A stretch of DNA of 28,030 bases from the NCBI GenBank assembly GCA_019309245.1, contig JAFDGP010000003.1, positions 1-28,030 of the forward strand. Reading direction: 5' to 3'. The stretch comes from Deltaproteobacteria bacterium (GTDB lineage: Bacteria > Desulfobacterota > Desulfobacteria > Desulfobacterales > C00003060). The notes below the pieces were generated by a model, which did no database searches, had not been told where the DNA came from, and worked only from the letters and a program-made list of their open reading frames with translations. Shown piece by piece: positions 8,114 to 15,393 of this stretch; the first letter of the stretch is position 1, and every line of letters begins with the position of its first letter. The position numbers and the translations under genes are program-made.

Positions 8114-8887
8114 ATGGCGAAACTGTCGAAAAAGGAACGCGAGCTGGTCTGCCTGGAGCGTTTAAAAGCAACAGAGCGGGTAGCCAGCGAGATTGCCCAT
8201 GAACTCAACACGCCCCTGGGCGGTATCCTGATGTACAGCCATCTGTTATTGGAAGATTTGGCGGATGACGATCCGAATCTTGAAAATGTTTTGAAGATCA
8301 ACAAGTTGGCGCATCGCTGTAAAATGATTGTGCAGGGCCTATTGGACTTCGTCCACGACGACAAACCCAAATACGAACTCTTGCAGGTTAATGACATTAT
8401 TCATGAGGTCTTGGGATTTCTAGAAGACCATGTATTGTTGCGGGGGATTCGTATTGAAATCCGGTCGGGGGCGAATCTTCCCAGAGTCCGCGGGGTGGCG
8501 GATAAGCTGGAACAGGTTTTTGTTAATTTAATTACAAATGCGGCACAGTCCATGGATGGCCGGGGGACGCTGCAGCTTCAGACCACCTTTGAGCCAAAGC
8601 TTGGTCGGATTCGTATTACGTGTTCGGACACCGGGTGCGGCATTCCGGAAGACGAGCTGGAACGGGTATTCGAGCCGTTTTTTACCACTAAGGGTGAGGG
8701 GGCTGGCATGGGATTGGGGCTTTCGATTTGTCATGGAATCGTGGAACAACACGGAGGCACCATTACGGTACAGAGCAAGTCGGGTGAAGGCACGGTGTTT
8801 ACAATCCTGTTGCCGGCGGCTACAAGACGGTCAGACGAAATAGAGGTTCCCGCGGCGGCTCATAAGAGGGGCTGTCGGGCTTGCTGA
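8114..8887 (+). CDS. Histidine kinase (HisKA + HATPase_c) with no sensor or TM domain
   Basis: H-box IAHELNTPL at about residue 29, N-box QVFVNLITNA, G1 DTGCGI, F-box FEPFFTTK, G2 GMGLGLSI. In-frame stops at 8090 and 8069 prevent any long N-terminal extension. Confidence 0.9.
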   Translation: MAKLSKKERELVCLERLKATERVASEIAHELNTPLGGILMYSHLLLEDLADDDPNLENVLKINKLAHRCKMIVQGLLDFVHDDKPKYELLQVNDIIHEVLGFLEDHVLLRGIRIEIRSGANLPRVRGVADKLEQVFVNLITNAAQSMDGRGTLQLQTTFEPKLGRIRITCSDTGCGIPEDELERVFEPFFTTKGEGAGMGLGLSICHGIVEQHGGTITVQSKSGEGTVFTILLPAATRRSDEIEVPAAAHKRGCRAC

Positions 8888-8909
8888 AAAACCATTTTGA
8901 AAGAGGATT

Positions 8910-10268
8910 ATGGAACGAACTTACGACATTTTGGTGATTGATGACGACGCGTTCATGCGGGATGCCTGTCATCAGGCGTTGTCCAGGAAAGGCCATACAA
9001 CCGCCTTGGCAAAAAGCGGCAGGGAGGGATTGGCCCTGCTGGAGGAGTCTGCGTATGACCTCGTGTTGCTGGATTTGAATCTGCCCCGAGAGGATGGGTT
9101 GTTTATCCTGGCGAAGATCAAGGACATTGACCCCGATGCCGTGGTGGTGATGATATCAGGTCGCGGTTCTATTGAGACAGCGGTTCAGGCGATCAAGCTG
9201 GGGGCCTTTGATTTTATTGCCAAACCGTTTACACCGGAAGAGCTCATCAATTTGGTCTACAGGGCTCTGAGGAACCGAAGGGCCACCCGGGTTGGAAAGG
9301 GGCGGCGGCGTTATGCAGTGCGGAGGTCCAAACCCGTCAAGATCATCAGTCAGAGCGCGGCCATGGAAAGAGTAAAGGAGATGGTGGAGATGGTCGCTCC
9401 TACCGACAGCACCGTCTTGCTGGAGGGGCCGAGCGGCACGGGAAAAGGACTTGTGGCCCGAAAGCTCCATGAATTGAGCCCTCGCCGCAGCCGACCGTTT
9501 GTGGCCGTGGACTGTGGTTCCCTGGTGAAGACCTTGTTTGAAAGCGAACTCTTTGGCCATGTCAAAGGGGCCTTTACCGGGGCGGACTCGACCCAACAGG
9601 GCAAATTTGAAATGGCACGGGGCGGGACCCTCTTTTTTGATGAGATATCTAATATCAACCTGGAAATCCAGGCCAAGCTTTTGAAAGCAGTTGAAGAGAA
9701 ACGGATTTCCAAAGTGGGGGATCATAAGGTTGTCGACGTGGATGTCCGGATTATCTCCGCGACAAACGGCAATCTCAAGAAGGCCATCTCCAAAGGGCTT
9801 TTTCGGGAAGACCTTTTCTTTCGTCTCAACGTGGTCTCCATTCATCTTCCCCCCCTAAGAGAGCGCGGAGAGGACATTCCGCTTCTGGCGGAACATTTCT
9901 TGAGAATTTCATGCAATGAGCAAGGAAAATCCATTGAAGGTTTTTCGCCGAACGCGATGAAAGCGCTTTGCCAGTACACCTGGCCGGGCAATGTTCGCGA
10001 ACTTGAGAACACAGTGGAACGCCTGGTGGTCTTTGCTCAAGAAGACGTCATATCGACGCGGGACCTGGTATACTCGAACACCGTGCTTTCACGCATTGTG
10101 GATTCGGAACCGATCCGCCTGGAAGAGATGGAGCGGGAGCATATCACCAAGGTTTTGGCCAGCGTGAATGGAAACAAGACCCAGGCGGCCCAGTTATTGG
10201 GTATCGACCGCAAGACCCTCCGGATCAAGGTCAAAAAATATGGCATTGAGGAAACATCTGCTGCATGA
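8910..10268 (+). CDS. sigma54-dependent response regulator (NtrC/AtoC/ZraR-like: REC-AAA+-Fis HTH)
   Basis: REC (IDDD, LLDLNLP, FIAKPF), Walker A GPSGTGKG, ESELFGHVKGAFTGA, FFDEI, FREDLFFRLNV and C-terminal NKTQAAQLLGIDRKTL. SD AGAGGA is present. Confidence 0.95.
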   Translation: MERTYDILVIDDDAFMRDACHQALSRKGHTTALAKSGREGLALLEESAYDLVLLDLNLPREDGLFILAKIKDIDPDAVVVMISGRGSIETAVQAIKLGAFDFIAKPFTPEELINLVYRALRNRRATRVGKGRRRYAVRRSKPVKIISQSAAMERVKEMVEMVAPTDSTVLLEGPSGTGKGLVARKLHELSPRRSRPFVAVDCGSLVKTLFESELFGHVKGAFTGADSTQQGKFEMARGGTLFFDEISNINLEIQAKLLKAVEEKRISKVGDHKVVDVDVRIISATNGNLKKAISKGLFREDLFFRLNVVSIHLPPLRERGEDIPLLAEHFLRISCNEQGKSIEGFSPNAMKALCQYTWPGNVRELENTVERLVVFAQEDVISTRDLVYSNTVLSRIVDSEPIRLEEMEREHITKVLASVNGNKTQAAQLLGIDRKTLRIKVKKYGIEETSAA

Positions 10269-10337
10269 TTGGGGCATGGCTGCGACTAAATATAAGCTGA
10301 AGACTTGGGCAGCCCGTTGTTGAGCATTTCCTCGCAC

Positions 10338-10625
10338 TCACAGATTTGACCCACTGTCCTTTGTCGCCTTTTTTGCCTTTTCAATGAGTTCCAGCAGGGA
10401 GGTGATTTTGTCTTTGGGCCGTTGGTGACAGAAATTCTCCCACTGTTCTTTGCTAAGTTTGTGTCTCAGATAGGCTTCGACGGGAAACAAGAGGCGCCAG
10501 CAGGCGATGGCGCGTGCGCAAGGGAACTTGCCCGCTTCCTGGAGACAGTAAGAAAAAGGGACAGGCCCGCCCAGCTTGGGGCATCTTGTTTCCAGGTCCT
10601 CGTAGGTTCTGTCGTCTTTTTTCAT
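10338..10625 (-). CDS. Small hypothetical protein with clustered Cys (C-x11-C-x8-C-x5-CW)
   Basis: 95 aa protein-like ORF (RCPKLGGPVPFSYC...PCARAIACW...KITSLLELIEKAKK), co-oriented 66 nt downstream of trpB2. Confidence 0.72.
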   Translation of the reverse strand: MKKDDRTYEDLETRCPKLGGPVPFSYCLQEAGKFPCARAIACWRLLFPVEAYLRHKLSKEQWENFCHQRPKDKITSLLELIEKAKKATKDSGSNL

Positions 10626-10691
10626 CTTATATCGCCGCGTGAAACCCGTGCTCGCACCCCAATGCCCGGGATCTGTGGGTGTGCCTGCCGG

Positions 10692-12047
10692 CTACGGCTT
10701 TGGCAACCCCTCAATTGCCTTGAGTGCCCGGGTGATGTCTTCTTCGGGCATCTCATATTTTATCAGCTTTCCGGAAAGATAGGCGTCATAGGCAGCAAGG
10801 TCCACCACGCCGTGGCCGCTCCAGTTGAAAAGGATCACTTTTTCTTTACCTTCTTCCCTGGCGCGTTGGGCTTCATCCACAACAGCCGCAATGGCATGAT
10901 TGGTCTCCGGCGCCGGGATGAAACCTTCGCTTCGGGCCCAGTTTATCCCGGCCTCAAAGGTCTGGATCTGATCGTATGCCCTGGGCTCAACGATCTGTTC
11001 CTTGACCAGGTGACTGATGATTGGAGCCATCCCATGGTATCTGAGTCCACCGGCATGGATGGGTGCCGGCACAAAATCGTGTCCAAGGGTATACATGGCC
11101 AGAAGTGGAGTGGTCTGCGCCGTATCTCCGAAATCATAGGCATAGGGTCCCTTAGTCATGGTCGGACATGAGGTAGGCTCGGCCGCCACTACAGAGATTT
11201 CTTTCCCATTGATTTTATCCCGGACAAAGGGCAGACAAAGACCTCCGAAATTACTTCCTCCCCCGGCGCAACCGATCACCACGTCGGGATAGATACCGAC
11301 CTTTTTCAGTTGCTTTTGGGCCTCCAGTCCAATGACGGTTTGATGCAATAATACGTGATTCAATACACTTCCCAGGGAATACCGGGCATCTGGATCACCT
11401 ACCGCATCTTCAATGGCTTCACTGATCGCAATGCCCAGGCTACCCGGGGAGTCGGGATGTTCTGAGAGTATTTTTCTGCCTGCATGGGTCTGGTCGCTGG
11501 GACTGGGGATGCAGTTGGCCCCCCAGACCGCCATCATGAGTCCCCGAAAAGGCTTTTGCTGGTAGCTGACCTTCACCATAAAAACCCGGCACTCCAAGCC
11601 AAACATCTGGCAAGCCATACTCAGGGCACTGCCCCATTGACCCGCGCCGGTCTCTGTGGAGAGCCGTTTTACCCCAAAGGCCTTGTTATAATAAGCCTGT
11701 GCTACGGCTGTGTTGGGTTTGTGAGATCCTGGCGGGCTCACGCCTTCGTTCTTGTAAAAGATTTTGACCGGGGCATCCAGCAGCTTTTCGAAGTTTTCCG
11801 CCCGGCACAACGGTGATGGGCGCCACAACAGGTATTTGTCCAGCACCGCTTCCGGGATGTCGATCCATCGTTCGGTGCTGACTTCCTGTTCAATGAGATT
11901 CATCGGAAAGACTGGGGCCAGATCATCGGGACCCACCGGTTGTCCCGTTGCCGGGTGAAGGGGCGGGCTCATCGGCGAAGGCAGATCGGCCAGGACATTG
12001 TACCACCGAGTCGGAATTTCGCTGTCGTTTAAGAAAACTTTTTTCAC
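10692..12047 (-). CDS. trpB2: TrpB-like PLP enzyme (type 2 tryptophan synthase beta, TrpB2)
   Basis: GSHKPNTA (PLP Lys), [41 protein letters not shown] and LSGHG-like WSGHG. About 450 aa, typical of TrpB2. GTG start with SD AAGGAGG. No trpA is adjacent. Confidence 0.95.
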   Translation of the reverse strand: MKKVFLNDSEIPTRWYNVLADLPSPMSPPLHPATGQPVGPDDLAPVFPMNLIEQEVSTERWIDIPEAVLDKYLLWRPSPLCRAENFEKLLDAPVKIFYKNEGVSPPGSHKPNTAVAQAYYNKAFGVKRLSTETGAGQWGSALSMACQMFGLECRVFMVKVSYQQKPFRGLMMAVWGANCIPSPSDQTHAGRKILSEHPDSPGSLGIAISEAIEDAVGDPDARYSLGSVLNHVLLHQTVIGLEAQKQLKKVGIYPDVVIGCAGGGSNFGGLCLPFVRDKINGKEISVVAAEPTSCPTMTKGPYAYDFGDTAQTTPLLAMYTLGHDFVPAPIHAGGLRYHGMAPIISHLVKEQIVEPRAYDQIQTFEAGINWARSEGFIPAPETNHAIAAVVDEAQRAREEGKEKVILFNWSGHGVVDLAAYDAYLSGKLIKYEMPEEDITRALKAIEGLPKP

Positions 12048-12406
12048 CAGAGGCCTCCTTATTAGGAATTTTGACGTGTTTTCCGTCCGTCAATCGCGCA
12101 TCGCGGACAGCTTTTCCGCTTTCCGGATGTCCGTTGATCGGTGCTGACAATCAACATTGGCGTTTCGAATGGGGGCAAAAACACAGGCGTCCACTGAGGC
12201 TTTGCCGTGCCCCCAAAATGTCATCTTAAGCCCGTGACATGGCAGCCATTGTTACCAGAGTGGGTGGTTGGTGTCAAGGACGCTGGATGGCCCGGATGCA
12301 CTGGAGGGGCCGAGGTACCAGTGTCACAGGGGGTTGAATTTCGGGGTTGCTATGCAGCCTCTGGGCCGTGACGGCGTCACAGCGGGACCGAAGCAACGCC
12401 CTATAT

Positions 12407-12422
12407 TGGCACGAAATTGGCA
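12407..12422 (+). promoter_or_regulatory. Candidate sigma54 -24/-12 promoter upstream of the glycan operon
   Basis: TGGCACGAAATTGGCA: perfect TGGCACG, GC at correct spacing, one mismatch in the TTGC box. Confidence 0.55.
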
Positions 12423-12450
12423 TGATTGCGACTATCGGAATAATACTTGT

Positions 12451-12479
12451 TTGACAAAGAATATGGTATATGTTATGAG
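12451..12479 (+). promoter_or_regulatory. Candidate sigma70 promoter of the wHTH regulator/glycan operon
   Basis: Perfect TTGACA (12451-12456), 17 nt spacer, TG-T-TATGAG (extended -10, last base non-consensus). Confidence 0.5.
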
Positions 12480-12494
12480 TAAATAAACTACTCA
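12476..12494. promoter_or_regulatory. Inverted repeat TGAGTA-N7-TACTCA, candidate repressor operator
   Basis: Perfect 6-7-6 inverted repeat overlapping the -10 and predicted start site, 16 nt before the regulator ATG. Confidence 0.55.
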
Positions 12495-12510
12495 AGATAG
12501 GGTTTTTGTC

Positions 12511-13059
12511 ATGAACGATCTGCTCTCCGGACTTATTGCCTCCAAAACACGGATCAAACTGCTGACGAAGTTTTTTTTCAATCCTGAAACACGCTCCTAT
12601 CTGCGAGAGTTGGCCAAAGAATTCAACCTGTCAACCAATGCGGTGCGCGAAGAGCTCAATCAGCTGACCAAGACGCAACTTCTCAAAAGCGAACGCAACG
12701 GCCGACAGGTGCTCTACCAGGCCAATAAACAACATCCCTTGTTTCCGGAGCTCAAGTCGATGGTGGGGAAAGTCATGGGAATCGATCGCGTGATTGATGG
12801 GATCGTAAATCGGCTTGGAGATTTGGAACGGGCCTATCTGATTGACGACTATGCCCAGGGGAAGGATTCCGGCATCATCGACCTGCTGCTGGTAGGCAAT
12901 ATCGATCACTATCACCTCAACGATTTGACCAGGAAAACCGAGCGGTATATCCATCGAAAAATCAGATCCCTGGTGGTGAGCCGCGCCGAATATGATGCGT
13001 TGCTTCCACAACTGCGTAATCGGCCCCGGGTGCTGATCTGGGAGGCAGGAAAAGGTTAG
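12511..13059 (+). CDS. Winged-helix (ArsR-like) regulator fused to a degenerate minimal nucleotidyltransferase-like domain
   Basis: N-terminal KTRIKLL...YLRELAKEFNLSTNAVREELNQL...GRQVLYQAN (wHTH with wing). C-terminal AYLIDDYAQGKDSGIIDLLLVG follows the hG[GS]-x9-13-DhD nucleotidyltransferase pattern with substitutions. Confidence 0.8.
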   Translation: MNDLLSGLIASKTRIKLLTKFFFNPETRSYLRELAKEFNLSTNAVREELNQLTKTQLLKSERNGRQVLYQANKQHPLFPELKSMVGKVMGIDRVIDGIVNRLGDLERAYLIDDYAQGKDSGIIDLLLVGNIDHYHLNDLTRKTERYIHRKIRSLVVSRAEYDALLPQLRNRPRVLIWEAGKG

Positions 13060-13131
13060 GTTGGAAGGGGTCGGCGGCCGCCGAGCGTGGCAACGCAACT
13101 GGCTTGAGCAGGTATTAAACAGGAGAACGGT

Positions 13132-14145
13132 ATGGACATACACGGCAAAAAATTTCTCGTAATCGGGGGGGCAGGGTTGATCGGCTCTCACGTGGTGGAC
13201 GAACTGAGGGAAGAAGATGTGGCGGAGATCCGCATTTTTGACAATTTCACGCGGGGAAGGGCGGAGAATCTCAAGGATGCCTTAAGCGATGATCGGGTTA
13301 GAATATTTGAGTTGGGCGGTGAGTTGCTGCATCGGGATATCCTGAACGCGGCGATGGAGGGCATTGATGGGGTGTTTCATTTGGCTGCATTGTGGTTGCT
13401 GCACTGTCAGGACTTTCCTCGCTCTGCTTTTGAGGTCAATATTGGAGGGACCTTTAACGTGGTGGAGGCCATGGTCGCCAACGGTGTCAGACGACTGGTT
13501 TTCTCGTCTTCCGCCTCGGTGTATGGTGATGCCGTGGAAGAACCCATGACCGAGTCTCATCCATACAACAACACCAATTTCTACGGTGCGACAAAAATCG
13601 CGGGCGAGCATATTTGTAGATCCTTGTACCATCACTTCAAGGGTACGGACAGGCATTTCGACTACGTCGGATTGCGATACATGAATGTGTATGGTCCGCG
13701 TCAAGACTATCATGGTGCCTATATCGCGGTGATTATGAAGATTCTCGACCGGCTGGACGCGGGCCTTGCTCCGGTGGTCTACGGAGACGGATCCCAGGCC
13801 TATGATTTTGTTTATGTTCAAGACTGTGCCAGGGCCAATGTCTTGGCCATGCAGGCGCAGACCACTGATACCTTTTACAATGTGGGAACGGGCAAAAAGA
13901 CGACCATCAAAGAGCTGGCTGAGATGATTGTGGAGGTCAGTGGTTCGAAGTGTAAAATTCAGTATGAACCCGGCGGCCAGACCTTTGTGAAAAATCGGGT
14001 GGGTTGCCCCAAAAAGGCGGAACAAGAGATCGGCTTTAAGGCACAGACATCCTTGGAAGAAGGCCTCAAGCGCCTCATTGCCTGGCGAAATGCCCACAAG
14101 GCGGAGGTGGCGCAACGTCGGCACAGAACCAGAGGCCAGTGGTAA
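13132..14145 (+). CDS. NAD-dependent nucleotide-sugar epimerase/dehydratase (extended SDR)
   Basis: GGAGLIG, VFHLAA, SSSASVYG, YGATK (YxxxK), LRYMNVYGPRQ and DFVYVQDCA. SD AGGAG is present. Confidence 0.94.
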   Translation: MDIHGKKFLVIGGAGLIGSHVVDELREEDVAEIRIFDNFTRGRAENLKDALSDDRVRIFELGGELLHRDILNAAMEGIDGVFHLAALWLLHCQDFPRSAFEVNIGGTFNVVEAMVANGVRRLVFSSSASVYGDAVEEPMTESHPYNNTNFYGATKIAGEHICRSLYHHFKGTDRHFDYVGLRYMNVYGPRQDYHGAYIAVIMKILDRLDAGLAPVVYGDGSQAYDFVYVQDCARANVLAMQAQTTDTFYNVGTGKKTTIKELAEMIVEVSGSKCKIQYEPGGQTFVKNRVGCPKKAEQEIGFKAQTSLEEGLKRLIAWRNAHKAEVAQRRHRTRGQW

Positions 14146-14171
14146 GCCTGTGGTAGGGGAACCGTGATCGC

Positions 14172-15284
14172 ATGAAAAAAATACCGCTCATACGACCTTA
14201 TATTACACAAGAGGTCAAGCAGGCCGTGTGCGATGTGCTTGAAAGCGGCCATCTTACGGAAGGTCCGATGACACAGGCCCTGGAGCAGGCGTTTAGGGAC
14301 TACATCGGCTGTGGGTACGCCATCGCAGTGACCTCCTGCACCACGGGCCTTGAAACCGCGCTCAGGGCTATCGGGATCAGCCCCGGGGACGAAGTGATTG
14401 TCCCGGACTATACGTATCCGGCTACGGCTTGTGCGGTGAGAATTGTAGGGGCGACAGTGGTGATTGTAGATGTCGATCCTGAAACCATGTTGATTGACTA
14501 TGACGCTATTGAAGGGGCGATAACCGACCGGACCAAAGCCGTAATTCCGGTGTCGATTTTCGGAAACCCTCTGGACTATGACCGCTTGAACCGGATCAAG
14601 GAGCGATTCGGGATCATTATTCTGGAAGACGCGGCGTGTTCCATCGGTGCCCGATATCGCGGGGTGTGCGTTGGAAACCTGGCGGACATCTCGGTCTTTA
14701 GCCTGCACCCGAGAAAATTCATCACCACGGGCGAAGGCGGCATAATTACGACCAACAACAAGGCCTGGGCCGAGTGGATTCAGTCTTATAAACATTTTGG
14801 TATGGGAAAGGCCGATTCACGTTTGAAGGCGCAGTTCAAACGTATCGGCACCAATTACAAGCTCAGTGATATCCAGGCGGCCGTGGGATTGGTGCAGATG
14901 AGGCATATTGAGGCACTTCTGGAAACGCGCATCAGGCTGTCTGAACGATACCATGAATTCCTGGAAGGCAGCCCCGGAATTTCCATTTCCCGTGTCACAG
15001 CAGGCGGGAGGCACTCCAGGCAATCGTTCTGTGTTTTTGTGGGAAATCGAGACGGGGTCATGACAAGGCTCAGGGAACAGAACATTGAAGTTCAAATCGG
15101 CACATACAGCCTTTCGCGACAGGCGGCATTTTCTCCAAGCAGCGTTTGCCGAATCGTTGGAGACATGGCTGGCAGCCTCTGGGCCTTTGATCATTGTCTG
15201 ACCCTGCCATTGTTCGAAGGGCTGGCCGCGGAGGATCAACAATTTGTTGTTGCACGTCTTTTGGAGGCGATGGAAGCCGTGTGA
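14172..15284 (+). CDS. DegT/DnrJ/EryC1/StrS family nucleotide-sugar aminotransferase
   Basis: SCTTGLETAL, IGISPGDEVIVPDYTYPATA, EDAACSIG, FSLHPRKFITTGEGG (PLP Lys) and GTNYKLSDIQAAVG. Confidence 0.94.
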   Translation: MKKIPLIRPYITQEVKQAVCDVLESGHLTEGPMTQALEQAFRDYIGCGYAIAVTSCTTGLETALRAIGISPGDEVIVPDYTYPATACAVRIVGATVVIVDVDPETMLIDYDAIEGAITDRTKAVIPVSIFGNPLDYDRLNRIKERFGIIILEDAACSIGARYRGVCVGNLADISVFSLHPRKFITTGEGGIITTNNKAWAEWIQSYKHFGMGKADSRLKAQFKRIGTNYKLSDIQAAVGLVQMRHIEALLETRIRLSERYHEFLEGSPGISISRVTAGGRHSRQSFCVFVGNRDGVMTRLREQNIEVQIGTYSLSRQAAFSPSSVCRIVGDMAGSLWAFDHCLTLPLFEGLAAEDQQFVVARLLEAMEAV

Positions 15285-15393
15285 CGCAGGGCGGAAGCTT
15301 GCGAATTGGCTCCCGGACGATTCAGCTTAGGGCGGATGCGGTCTCTTGGACGACAGCTGTCGAATTGGTTCTTGTTTGAGGAAATGATAGCTC

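Noticed and set aside
10422-11171. 249 aa + strand ORF opposite trpB2 and the small Cys protein
   Set aside because: Antisense shadow of trpB2 with no recognisable domain.
12511-13059. wHTH-NTase gene as the antitoxin of an MNT-HEPN or AbiE toxin-antitoxin pair
   Set aside because: No HEPN or other toxin gene is adjacent, and the catalytic motif is degenerate.
13060-13131. ops/JUMPstart element before the polysaccharide genes
   Set aside because: No GGCGGTAG match and no nusG/rfaH paralogue in the window.
13282-14795. Antisense ORFs 13282-14124 and 13959-14795
   Set aside because: They lie fully opposite well-supported epimerase and DegT genes and show no family signature.
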